From contig CAWCVB010000002.1 in the NCBI GenBank assembly GCA_963798915.1, positions 480,001-544,000 of the forward strand: a stretch of DNA of 64,000 bases. Reading direction: 5' to 3'. The number at the start of each line of letters is the position of its first letter. Within the stretch, counting starts at the first letter, position 1. Shown in pieces: positions 29,470 to 39,504 of the stretch. This DNA is from an uncultured Gemmatimonadales bacterium. GTDB lineage: Bacteria > Gemmatimonadota > Gemmatimonadetes > Gemmatimonadales > GWC2-71-9. The notes under the pieces are model-generated. The model saw only the letters and a list, made by a program, of their open reading frames with translations. It did not search any database and was not told where the DNA came from. A program made the position numbers and the translations under genes.

Positions 29470-30522
29470 AGCGGATCCCAGCGTATGCGCCGGGCGCACC
29501 TCCAGCTTGTCGTGCTGACGGAGCCACTGCTCGTAGCCCCATCCTTCCTGCCAACACCAGTACAGGTAGCAGCTCAGCTTCCGGGCCGCCGCCACCGTCG
29601 CCTTGGCCTTGCCCTTGGCTCGGAGGAGCCGTTGATACTGCTCGCCCACCGGGCCGGGCGCCAACTTCAGGCTCTGGACGATCTCGATCAGAATCCACTT
29701 GAGCCACGGACTGCCCACGCGACCCACCCCACCGTGCGTCGTCTTGCCACCGGAGCTCTGCGTGCTCGGCACCAGCCCCGCATAGGCCGCCAGCTCGTGG
29801 CTGCTCCGGAACCGCCGGATATCGCCCAGCTCCGCCAGCAGCAGCGCCGCGCCGAAGGGGCCGATGCCCGGCCAGGTCTGGAGCAACTGGGCCACGGGAT
29901 CGCCCTGCACCAGCTGCAGCACGCGCCGATCGAGACGCTTGATGCGAAGATCGAGCTGATCGACCAGCTCAAGCAGCAGGTCCACCTGGAGCCGCCCCAG
30001 CTCCGAAAGTGGCACCGTCGCCAGCCACGTCCGTCCCGCCTTGCCGTACAGGTCCGTCACGTCGGTCCGACGGTTCTCGCTCGTCAGGTGCCCGTGAATC
30101 CGATTCTTCAAGCTGGTCCGCAGGCGAACCAGGTAGGCGCGCCCCCGCAACAACTTGCGGTGCGCCCGCACCTCGGGACTCGGCACCCACACCACCGGGA
30201 GCAGGTTCGCACGTAGCAGGTCCGCCAGCTTGCGGGCATCGATCGGATCGGTCTTGGCCCGCGCCTGCCAGATCACCTTCACCTGAGACGGATGCGCGGC
30301 CACCGCGGCCATCCCCGTCGCGCTGAGCTGGTCATGCAGCCAGGCCCAGTACAGCGTCGCCTCCATCGCCACCGTCACCGGCCCGCCGAGTCCGCGGAGC
30401 CAGGCGATCACCTCCGCGGCGTCCGCCGGCAACCGGCGGTGTTCCGCCACCACGGCGCCGCCCGCATCCAGCGCACAGGCCGTGATGTAACGCTTGTGCA
30501 GATCCAACCCGACCCAGATCAT
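29464..30522 (-). CDS. IS110-family DEDD recombinase/transposase
   Basis: VGLDLHK, AMEAT, KTDPIDA, PGIG, AYAGLVPSTQSSGG, ARKL. Confidence 0.95.
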   Translation of the reverse strand: MIWVGLDLHKRYITACALDAGGAVVAEHRRLPADAAEVIAWLRGLGGPVTVAMEATLYWAWLHDQLSATGMAAVAAHPSQVKVIWQARAKTDPIDARKLADLLRANLLPVVWVPSPEVRAHRKLLRGRAYLVRLRTSLKNRIHGHLTSENRRTDVTDLYGKAGRTWLATVPLSELGRLQVDLLLELVDQLDLRIKRLDRRVLQLVQGDPVAQLLQTWPGIGPFGAALLLAELGDIRRFRSSHELAAYAGLVPSTQSSGGKTTHGGVGRVGSPWLKWILIEIVQSLKLAPGPVGEQYQRLLRAKGKAKATVAAARKLSCYLYWCWQEGWGYEQWLRQHDKLEVRPAHTLGSAA

Positions 30523-30637
30523 CGCTGTCTCCTTGAGGGGCACTCAAGGAAGGTGCTACGCGAATCACCGGCCCACGAGGGGGCGGAGCGGTGGCCGCGC
30601 AGCGCCGCACTCTCATAAGGTCGGGTTAGACGGCATT

Positions 30638-31261
30638 CTAGTCTTGCTCGAGTTGCCTCGACACTTTAGCGGTCCAAATGCTGTCTTCGTGCGCTGCCAA
30701 TGCCGTGTCTGGTTGATCGGCACTACGGAGCCGCTCTACTGCGGCAGCAGCGATCGCTGCTGCTTCGGACTCCTTGCAAGCGTCTCGCACGCCATACGCA
30801 TTTGCTCGAGGGGACCGTGCAATCCCATTGACAATGTCGATGGCGTCAGAGAAAGCGTGTGCCCGGCCGCGCAATGTGTCGCCTGTCCAGGCACCGCGCA
30901 CTTCCATTCCCTCGCTGAGCATGGCGGGGCGTAAGAGCAGCAAAGAGTCCGGTGTCGTGGCAAGCCAAAGCCACGCACGGTCATATTCTGGGGCCGGCGA
31001 TGACGCTTCTGCCTTCGGCTCGTCAGGAACGAACTGGATGACCCGCCAGCCGTGCCTGCCAGCAAAAGTGGAGAGCCAGGAGTCGATGGCGCTCGTCATA
31101 TTCAGGCGGCGGGAGGATCGCCAGATGTCGCCCGGCGGCGAAGGTGTCCAAGTTCCGACGCCGAGCGCGAGGCATCGCATGGCTTTCGATGTCCGAGCGG
31201 CCGACGGTGGTATTGCTGCCACGATGACGACACAGGCGCTGAACAAGATCTTACCGTTCAT
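30638..31261 (-). CDS. Hypothetical exported protein (cassette gene)
   Basis: Signal peptide; cassette ends GTTAGACGACATTC and GAATGCCGTCTAAC are complementary at 13/14 positions. Confidence 0.8.
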   Translation of the reverse strand: MNGKILFSACVVIVAAIPPSAARTSKAMRCLALGVGTWTPSPPGDIWRSSRRLNMTSAIDSWLSTFAGRHGWRVIQFVPDEPKAEASSPAPEYDRAWLWLATTPDSLLLLRPAMLSEGMEVRGAWTGDTLRGRAHAFSDAIDIVNGIARSPRANAYGVRDACKESEAAAIAAAAVERLRSADQPDTALAAHEDSIWTAKVSRQLEQD

Positions 31262-31277
31262 TGATCTCTCGAATGTC

Positions 31278-31376
31278 GTCTAACGAAAAGCAAATCAGCT
31301 GCGGGGCGGCGGCTGCAGCGTCATCGATGTCTCCAGCGGAGGCCGCCGGCCCCGCTGCTGCATTTGCCTGTTAGGC
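31278..31376 (-). other. attC site (intact)
   Basis: GTCTAAC...GCAAATCAGCTGCGGGGC-GGCGGC ... GCCGCCGGCCCCGCTGCTGCATTTGC-CT-GTTAGGC. Confidence 0.9.
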
Positions 31377-31385
31377 GGCATCAAA

Positions 31386-31886
31386 TCAGTAGCCCACCCA
31401 CTCTCCGACGTCCCGGGTGAGAACGCCGAGTGTGTCCAGGAGTACGGCTTCCTCGGGCGTGACTCGAAGCACGCCTTCCTGCTCGTGCGAGATGATGGCT
31501 AGCATGAGTTCCCCGTCACGCCATACAATCGGATCCTCCAGCCATCCACGCTGCATGTCCAGCTCATAGGTGAACAAGTGGTCGGGGCCGAAGGCGCGAA
31601 GTCTAGCAACGGCCTCCGCAGTCAATGTCCACACATGCACGTCGTCGCCACGATCGGAGGTAGTAGGGTTGGCCACGACTCGACGACGCTGAACACCACG
31701 GGACCACGGTGCCAGCGCAGCTTCGAACGCATCGCACGCGAGCGCTGGTGCATTCTCGATGGCGACCCTATCAACGGAAAACTCGTTTGCGCCGCGCGCG
31801 AAGCACCAGTCGAGCAACTGCCATGCTTGCTCGGCGTCGAAATCGGCTTTGAATAGATGTCGAGTGATCAGTTGCTGCTCGTGCAT
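31386..31886 (-). CDS. Hypothetical cassette protein
   Basis: 166 aa starting MHEQQLITRHLF; bounded by attC boxes. Confidence 0.75.
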   Translation of the reverse strand: MHEQQLITRHLFKADFDAEQAWQLLDWCFARGANEFSVDRVAIENAPALACDAFEAALAPWSRGVQRRRVVANPTTSDRGDDVHVWTLTAEAVARLRAFGPDHLFTYELDMQRGWLEDPIVWRDGELMLAIISHEQEGVLRVTPEEAVLLDTLGVLTRDVGEWVGY

Positions 31887-31909
31887 CGTATGCCGCCTTG
31901 TATCTCTGA

Positions 31910-33026
<1,117 letters not shown>

Positions 33027-33041
33027 CTTTCGAGACAGTTG

Positions 33042-33133
33042 CTAACGCCTTAGCTTTCAGCTGCAAGCACACTACCACCAATGCGGCGAAGCCGCATCCG
33101 AAAAGTGCTTGTCAGCTGCAACGTGTGTTAGGC
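33042..33133 (-). other. attC site whose core box is cut by the IS110 element
   Basis: CTAAC...TTCAGCTGCAAGCAC ... GTGCTTGTCAGCTGCAA...GTTAGGC. Confidence 0.85.
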
Positions 33134-33173
33134 TGACGCTTGCGCATATAAGATTCTAAGCGGCAAACACCGC

Positions 33174-33757
33174 TCATCTCGGCCGCGCGGCAAACTCCCG
33201 GAACCCCAACACCATCGCACGAACACAGTCTTTCGGCGTCGGGCCGCCATTGAAGAAACCGCGGCAGGGCTCGCGGATCAATTCCTGGCGGTTTTGCTGA
33301 CCACCCATTCGGCCGCGTCATTGAAAGCCTTCGGATCGTTTGAGGTATTCCGAACCTTAATGATCTTGCCATCTGCCAGAAATAAATGGAAAGTGTCCGT
33401 GACATTAAAGTCGATGCCGAGTGCGCCGATCAGGTCGTCTTTTACGGTAATTGCGCATGTTATCTCCGCCGCAGACTCAAATTTGCAGGGCATCCTCTGA
33501 AGCACCTTATAATTGCCGCCTTGTGCCCAGCCCTGGTAGAACACGACCCGCGGGATCGATGACGCTGCCGATGCCATGGCGGTCTTAAGCTTGTCTGAAT
33601 CGAAGGAATAAAAAGCATCGATAAAGGCTTCAGCTGCTGACAGCTCCGGCGGCCTAGGCGGGGAGGTCTGTCTCGGCGCTCGGTTTGCACAGCCGAGCAG
33701 GCTCGTCAGTACGGCAACCACGACGACGAAGACAAACGAGGAATGTCTGATATGCAT
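33174..33757 (-). pseudogene. Lipoprotein cassette gene with apparent frameshift near 33300
   Basis: Lipobox LLGC. The frame stops at 33278, but an alternative frame continues QNRQELIREPCRGFFNGGPTPKDCVRAM to a stop at 33174. Confidence 0.65.
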
Positions 33758-33771
33758 TTGATGAGTGTGCG

Positions 33772-33841
33772 GCAGCCTAACAAGTATTCGACTGCGAACC
33801 CGCAGCCTAAGCCAATAAGCACTATACCGGCCGCAGCCTAA
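33772..33841 (-). other. attI-like site: core GTTAGGC plus two direct repeats
   Basis: GCAGCCTAA at 33772, 33802 and 33833; no attC-type partner arm seen. Confidence 0.5.
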
Positions 33842-33950
33842 TCCGGGAAGACTGCGGGCCAGCCGGTCGCACGCACCGCGGAACACGCGATGCGCCCCCG
33901 AGTGGGTCATGTCTCGCAGTCCTTCGCTGGCTTGGCATCGCCAAGCTATC

Positions 33951-34075
33951 CGCGATGCGCCTTGCGCTATGCGCTATGCGCTATTCGCTATCCGCTATGC
34001 ACTCAGCGCTCAGCGCTCAGCGCACAGCGCACAGCGCACAGCCTCAGCGCACAGCCTTCAGCCCACAGCCTTCAA
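33951..34075. repeat. Inverted heptamer arrays (GCTATGC)n/(GCGCACA,GCGCTCA)n
   Basis: Read directly; overlaps the 3' end of the OsmC gene. Confidence 0.85.
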
Positions 34076-34570
34076 CTCCACCCCGATCTCCGGCCCCACC
34101 CGCAGCGTCTGCAACACCACGCAATAGCGCTCCGTCAACTTGAGCAGCGTGGCCAGCTGCTCCTCGCTGGCACTGGTCTCGAGCTCGAAGCGCAGCCGGA
34201 TCGTGCCAAAGCCCACCCGCGCTTCCTTGCTGACGCCCAGCGTACCCCGGAAATCCAGATCACCCTCGGCGCGGATGCGGCCCGCGGAGACCGGAATGTC
34301 GAGCGCCGTGGCTACGGCACGCAGCGTCACGCCAGCACAGGCCACCAGCGCCTGGAGCAGCAGGTCGCCAGAGCAGGCCTGCAGCCCCGTTCCGCCCGTG
34401 GCCGGATGGAGGCCCGCCTCCACCAGCGCCTGCCCAGTCTCCACTCGGCACGATATGCCGGGATCATCCACCCGAGCCTCCGCCCTCAGCGTGACCACGG
34501 CCCGGTCCGGCTCGGCGCGGTAGAGCTCCTTGAGAGGGGCCTGCAATGCCCGCAGGTCGTCTGGGCGCAC
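34058..34570 (-). CDS. OsmC/Ohr family protein
   Basis: GLHPATGG...ACSGDLLLQALVACAG, GDLDFRGTLG, TERYCVV. Confidence 0.9.
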   Translation of the reverse strand: MRPDDLRALQAPLKELYRAEPDRAVVTLRAEARVDDPGISCRVETGQALVEAGLHPATGGTGLQACSGDLLLQALVACAGVTLRAVATALDIPVSAGRIRAEGDLDFRGTLGVSKEARVGFGTIRLRFELETSASEEQLATLLKLTERYCVVLQTLRVGPEIGVELKAVG

Positions 34571-34892
34571 GGGTGGCTCCGGTGGTTGGAGGCAGAAGGC
34601 TGAAGGGTGAAAGCTGAATGGCTGAAAGCTAAGCGGTCAGGCGATCGCGAGTGCATCACAGCCCCTGAGATCCAGATGAGGCCGGAGCTTCAGCAGTCTC
34701 CCAAACCCTCTGCGTCCTCCGCGCCTCCGCGTCTCTGCGGTGAGCAGTTGCGGATCCATGAATGGGGCATCGATGTCCGAGCCGCTCAGCCGTGCCAAAC
34801 CGGCATCGCGGCTTGTGAGAGATTCGAGGCGCAGAGCCGCTGGGCCGCTGAGTCGCCGAGCCGCCGAGCCGCCGAGCCTGCTATCTTCCCCC

Positions 34893-36686
34893 ATGGCCAG
34901 TTCCAAATCCCGTCCCGAACCGACCCCGCTCGCCGCCGCAACCGCACCTTTTTTCAACGCCGCCCGGCTTCTCTCCTCCAATCTTGCCGCACTCCGGCAT
35001 GATGAGCAGACCATGCTCGTCATCCTGGCCGGCATCATCGGCACTACCGTCGGGTTCGGCGTCAGCGTGTTCTACCGGCTGATCGACCTGGTCCAGGATG
35101 TCGTGCTCCGCTCGGCGCTCCGCATTCCCATCACCGACTTCATCCTGATCCCGCTCTTCGTCGCCGTCGGTTTGGCGGCCTGCCGCTGGCTCTTTCTCTA
35201 CGGGGCACGGGGCTCCAACGGCGAGAACATTCCGGATGTGATGTACCGGGTGGGCGTGAAGGGGGGCGTGATTCCGCTCACGCCGGTGCTGGCCAAGACG
35301 GTGGCGGCGGCCGTGGTGATCGGGACCGGCGGATCAGTCGGGGCCGAAGGCCCCGTGGTCGTCCTGGGCGCCGGTACGGCCTCCAAGCTCGGCCGCTGGA
35401 TGAAGGCCTCGCCCAACCGCCTCCGCACCCTGGCCGGCTGCGGCGCCGCGGCCGGTATCTCGGCGGCGTTCAACGCTCCCATCGCCGGCGTGATCTTCGG
35501 CATCGAGAAGATTACCGGCGCCGCCGGCGGAATGGCGCTCGCCCCCTATGTGGTCGGCAGCATTCTGGCAGCCACGGTGTCGCGCAGCATCTTCGGCAAC
35601 CGGCCGGTGCTGGCGATGCCGGCAGCCTTTGGGGTGCACAGCCCCTGGGAAATGCTGCTCTACGCGGTGCTGGGTGTGCTCACCGGCATCGTGGCCGTGG
35701 TGTATTCCCGCGGTGTGTGGCGGACCCAGGATCAATTTGCCCGCCTGCGTTCACCCTGGACCCGGATCGTGGTCGGCGCCCTGGTCATCGGCGCACTGGA
35801 CATCCTGTTCCGTCAGGATCTCTGGGGTCACGGCCACCAGAGCCTCAATCTCGGCATTGTGGCTTCCCGCTCCGGCCTGTTCCTGCTCGGCCTCAGCGCC
35901 GCCAAGCTCCTGGCCACGGCGGTCACCTTTGGCGCCGGCGGCACGGGCGGCGTGTTCACGCCGGCACTGTTCATCGGCGCCACGCTGGGCGGCGCGTTTG
36001 GTGTGCTGGCGCGCCACCTGTTCCCGGCGTCGCCCGTGCTGCCCGGCGCCATGGCCCTGGTGGGGATGGCCGGCCTGGTGGCCGGCGCAACCCACGCGCC
36101 CCTCACGGCCATTTTCATGGTGTTCGAGATGACGGGCGACTATGCGCTGATCCTCCCGCTGATGCTCACCAGCGTGCTCGCCTACATGGTCTCGCGCCGG
36201 CTGCATCCGGAATCCATCTATACCGAATGGCTGGTGCGACGCGGCGTGGTGCTCTCCCAGGGCGCCGACGCGGTGGTGCTGGCACGAGCCATCGTGTCCG
36301 ACTGCTACAACCGCGATCCGCTCACGGTGCCGGCCTCGGCAGACGTGCCGGCGATTCTCGAGCTCACCCGTGGAAGCCGCCAGACCGAATTCCCGGTGGT
36401 GAGCGTCCACGGCCGCCTGGTGGGCATGCTGTCGCGCGAGACCCTGCGCGAACTCGACGAAGAGACGCCGCCCGGGGCAGTGCTGGCCACGGACCTGGCC
36501 CGTCTGTCAGTCAAGCCGGTGACGCCGGAGGATTCACTGCTGACCGCGATGCGGCGCCTCGGCGCGGTGGACGTGGACTACCTGCCGGTGGTGTCGGTGC
36601 GAGACCGCGGCCGGCTGGTTGGCGTCGTGGGACGGCATGACCTGACGGCGGCCTACGATCGGATGATGGCGGAAGAAGCACATTGA
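34893..36686 (+). CDS. CLC-family chloride channel/transporter with tandem CBS domains
   Basis: GGSVGAEGP, AAFNAPIAG, GGVFTP, ESIY; C-terminal CBS pair. Confidence 0.93.
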   Translation: MASSKSRPEPTPLAAATAPFFNAARLLSSNLAALRHDEQTMLVILAGIIGTTVGFGVSVFYRLIDLVQDVVLRSALRIPITDFILIPLFVAVGLAACRWLFLYGARGSNGENIPDVMYRVGVKGGVIPLTPVLAKTVAAAVVIGTGGSVGAEGPVVVLGAGTASKLGRWMKASPNRLRTLAGCGAAAGISAAFNAPIAGVIFGIEKITGAAGGMALAPYVVGSILAATVSRSIFGNRPVLAMPAAFGVHSPWEMLLYAVLGVLTGIVAVVYSRGVWRTQDQFARLRSPWTRIVVGALVIGALDILFRQDLWGHGHQSLNLGIVASRSGLFLLGLSAAKLLATAVTFGAGGTGGVFTPALFIGATLGGAFGVLARHLFPASPVLPGAMALVGMAGLVAGATHAPLTAIFMVFEMTGDYALILPLMLTSVLAYMVSRRLHPESIYTEWLVRRGVVLSQGADAVVLARAIVSDCYNRDPLTVPASADVPAILELTRGSRQTEFPVVSVHGRLVGMLSRETLRELDEETPPGAVLATDLARLSVKPVTPEDSLLTAMRRLGAVDVDYLPVVSVRDRGRLVGVVGRHDLTAAYDRMMAEEAH

Positions 36687-36775
36687 CAGGACGGGCGGGA
36701 CGGGCAGGACGGGCAGGGGCGGGCAGGAGGGCCCGGAATCATGCGGTCGGTTCCGGGCCCTCGCTGCGCCGCACA

Positions 36776-37723
36776 TTACTGGTCCGTCGTATCCGGCAGT
36801 GCAGCCGGCAGTTCCTGCTTCCAGCTTCTCACGTACATCACGAACTCCGCGGCCTTTTCGTCCAGGTCCACAGCTGAGACCGCGTCGCCGGCCAGGCCGC
36901 GCATGCGCTCCAGGCTCACCGCCGCCTTGCCGTAGGTCGAGTCCACCTGCAGCGTGCGGTCGAATACGTCCCTTGCCGCCGCGTAGTGACGGCTTCCCTC
37001 GAGGGCAATACCGAGATTGTTGAGGAAGACGGGCGCATTGCCGCGCAGCTCGACCGCACGGGCCAGCGGTGCGATGGCGTCCTCGTAGTTTCCCTGCTCG
37101 ATATAGATCAGGCCCAGGTTGTTCATGCTCCACACATCCTGCTCATCCTGCACCAGCACATTGCGATAGGCGTCGATGGCGCCGGGAACATCACCGGTAT
37201 TGTAGAGCGCGCGGGCGTAGAGGCGCTGCGCATCGATGCTGGCGGAGTCGACGCCCAGGGCGCGTTCGACCCGCTCACGCGCCAGCTCCGGCTTGCCCGC
37301 TTCGAAATACACGCGGGCGGAGTTGAGCAGCGTCTTCAGATGCATCGAATCGATGGCGAGTGCCCGATCAAAGGCGCTGCTGGCCCGTGCCAGGTCGCCG
37401 GCCTTCCAGGCCGAGAGCCCGGCCATGTACTGACCGAAGAGATTGTCGGGCTTCTGCTCGGTATAGGCGGCGAAGATGGTCTCGGCGTCGTCGTATCGGC
37501 CGGCGCGATAGGCAGCTTCGCCGTCTTCGTAGCTGGCGTTCACGGTCGCCGTCGCGGTGGGCACGGCGGCGGCGTGCACCGGCGCAGATGGCGTGCTGGC
37601 GCTGACCGACGTGACGGTGGTGGCACTGGTGTCGCTGGGCCTGGCCTCGTCACCGCAAGCGGCAACGCTGAGTGAGAACAGGGCGGCGAGGGCGGTGAGT
37701 GAATACGCGTGACGGTGTGACAT
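36776..37723 (-). CDS. TPR-repeat lipoprotein
   Basis: Lipobox VAAC; several NNLG-type TPR repeats; RBS GGAGG. Confidence 0.88.
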   Translation of the reverse strand: MSHRHAYSLTALAALFSLSVAACGDEARPSDTSATTVTSVSASTPSAPVHAAAVPTATATVNASYEDGEAAYRAGRYDDAETIFAAYTEQKPDNLFGQYMAGLSAWKAGDLARASSAFDRALAIDSMHLKTLLNSARVYFEAGKPELARERVERALGVDSASIDAQRLYARALYNTGDVPGAIDAYRNVLVQDEQDVWSMNNLGLIYIEQGNYEDAIAPLARAVELRGNAPVFLNNLGIALEGSRHYAAARDVFDRTLQVDSTYGKAAVSLERMRGLAGDAVSAVDLDEKAAEFVMYVRSWKQELPAALPDTTDQ

Positions 37724-37784
37724 GGGAGCCTCCTCCAGTTGGGCGCCGGGGCGCCGGTGCGTGATGACGACACCCATGGAGAAG

Positions 37785-37800
37785 GCAAGCGGCCGGCCAG
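37785..37800 (-). promoter_or_regulatory. Candidate sigma54 -24/-12 promoter CTGGCCGGCCGCTTGC
   Basis: GG-N10-GC spacing about 60 nt upstream of the TPR gene, next to a GAFTGA activator gene. Confidence 0.55.
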
Positions 37801-37929
37801 ACGGGGCGGGCCTTGGTTGTGCCCGGTAATACGTTGCGACGAATGAAGTTGGAAGTGAGGAGTGGGAACTGGGGAAACCGTTTCGTGTTTCGATGGACAC
37901 GCGAAGGGTTAGGACCAAGTGTCCGGGTT

Positions 37930-38155
37930 GACACGGACAGGACGGACACGGCGGGCAGGTTCTCGTCGAACCGTCATTCCCGCGCAAGCGGGAATCCATG
38001 AGGGCTCATGCGATGTGAATCACCATGCCCGAGGCCCTCCTGGACCCCCGCGTTCGCGGGGGTGTCGATTGGGCGACCTTCGCTTCCCGTCTAGCCGTCT
38101 AGCCGTCTAGCCGTCTAGCCGTCTAGCCGTCTAGCCGTCTAGCCTTGCCGTCTAG
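37930..38155. repeat. Composite element: 9-mer array, 96-bp REP doublet (37972-38067), (CCGTCTAG)x7
   Basis: Homologous to 16070-16165. Confidence 0.88.
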
Positions 38156-39504
38156 CCCTCCAGCCGTCTGATGCCCAGTCGCCGCATGATCTTCAGCAGG
38201 CTGGCATGATCCGCCAGGCCCAGCGCCTCGGCGGTGCGGGTAATGTGCCAGCCATGCTGCTCCAGGGCAGCCATGATGATGCGCCGCTCGGCTTCGACTT
38301 TCTGCTCCTGGTAGGAGTTGCCAGGCGTCGCCGGCTGCGTGCCGCCACGAACGTCATCGGGCACGTGCTCCGCCCGCAGTATCTCGCCGTCCGCCGCAAT
38401 GACCATCCGCTCCAGCACGTTCCGCAGCTCACGCACATTGTTCCGCTTCCAGTCATATGCCATCAGCAGGTCCAGTGCTTCACCCGAGAGCCGTTTCTTC
38501 AGCATTCCGAAGCGCTGGCAGATGTCGGTCAGGAAACGGTCGGCAATGGGACCGATATCCGACGTGCGTTCGCGCAGGGGCGGCACCCTGATCACGTGCG
38601 CATTGAGCCGATAGAGCAGGTCTTCCCGGAAGCGGCCCTCGCGCACCTCCACCTCCAGGTCGCGGTTGGTGGCGGCCACCACACGCGCCTGCACTGCCAC
38701 TGCCTTGGTGCTGCCGAGCGGCATGACGCTGTGGTCCTCCAGCACCCGGAGCAGCTTGGCCTGGGCCGGCTGCGCCAGCTCACCGGCTTCGTCGAGAAAC
38801 AGGGTGCCACGTCCGGCCGACTCGAAGGCGCCGCGCCTGGCAGTGGTCGCCCCGGTAAACGCGCCGCGTTCGTGGCCGAACAGCTCGCTCTCGATCAGAT
38901 GTTCCGGCAGTGCGGCACAATTGATGGCAATGAACGGCGCCGCCGGATTGGCGCCCAGCCGATGAAGGTCGCGCGCCACCAGTTCCTTGCCCGTTCCGCT
39001 CTCGCCCAGGATCAGCACGGTGCTCGGGATGGGCGCAAGACGGCGAACGGCGTCCCGAAGACGCTCGAGCGCCGCGCTGCTGCCGGCAAGCGACGATTCT
39101 CCCAGCCGCTCCTGCAACTGCATCACTTCGCGCCGAAGGCGACGCCGCTCCAGGGCGGACTCCACCTCGTGAAGCACCCGTTCCATCGGCTCGCCCTTGT
39201 CGATGAAGCCGTAGGCGCCAAGGCGCACCGCCTGGATGCAGCGATCGAAATTGCCGGTGCCGGTGTAGACAATGACGGGCACCTCGATGCCGCGGTGCTG
39301 CATCGCATCAAGCACCTGGAAGCCGTCCATGCCCGGCATCTCGAGGTCCAGGATCACGCAGTCAATGTCGCCCTGAGTGACCCGGGCCAGCCCGGCCTCC
39401 CCGCCGTTCGCGGTCGCGGTGTCATGGCCACCCAGCCGCTTGAGATCGTATGCGTACTGCTCGGCAAGCGGCTGGACATCATCCACAATGAGAATCCGGC
39501 TCAT
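38152..39504 (-). CDS. Sigma54-dependent response regulator (NtrC family)
   Basis: Receiver domain; GESGTGKE; ESELFGHERGAFTGA; FREDLLYRL; C-terminal HTH. Confidence 0.95.
   Translation of the reverse strand: MSRILIVDDVQPLAEQYAYDLKRLGGHDTATANGGEAGLARVTQGDIDCVILDLEMPGMDGFQVLDAMQHRGIEVPVIVYTGTGNFDRCIQAVRLGAYGFIDKGEPMERVLHEVESALERRRLRREVMQLQERLGESSLAGSSAALERLRDAVRRLAPIPSTVLILGESGTGKELVARDLHRLGANPAAPFIAINCAALPEHLIESELFGHERGAFTGATTARRGAFESAGRGTLFLDEAGELAQPAQAKLLRVLEDHSVMPLGSTKAVAVQARVVAATNRDLEVEVREGRFREDLLYRLNAHVIRVPPLRERTSDIGPIADRFLTDICQRFGMLKKRLSGEALDLLMAYDWKRNNVRELRNVLERMVIAADGEILRAEHVPDDVRGGTQPATPGNSYQEQKVEAERRIIMAALEQHGWHITRTAEALGLADHASLLKIMRRLGIRRLEG

Larger units (their letters stand above)
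29051..30623 (-). mobile_element. IS110-family (IS1111-type) insertion sequence with tandemly duplicated 209-bp downstream end
   Basis: CG core at both junctions; subterminal IRs TGAAAGTGCGGC (29057-29068) / GCCGCACTCTCA (30604-30615); long noncoding region downstream of the transposase. Confidence 0.9.
28932..30631 (-). other. attC site interrupted by an IS1111-type element
   Basis: GCCTAAC (28932)...GCTGCATTTG-CG [IS] CG-G-GTTAGAC (30631); removing the IS restores the spacing seen in sibling attC sites. Confidence 0.85.

Noticed and set aside
33842..34058. Integron integrase next to the attI-like site
   Set aside because: No tyrosine-recombinase motifs on either strand; only heptamer arrays and the end of the OsmC gene.
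34636..34892. Fluoride riboswitch upstream of the CLC gene
   Set aside because: No consensus match; the region is made of short tandem repeats.
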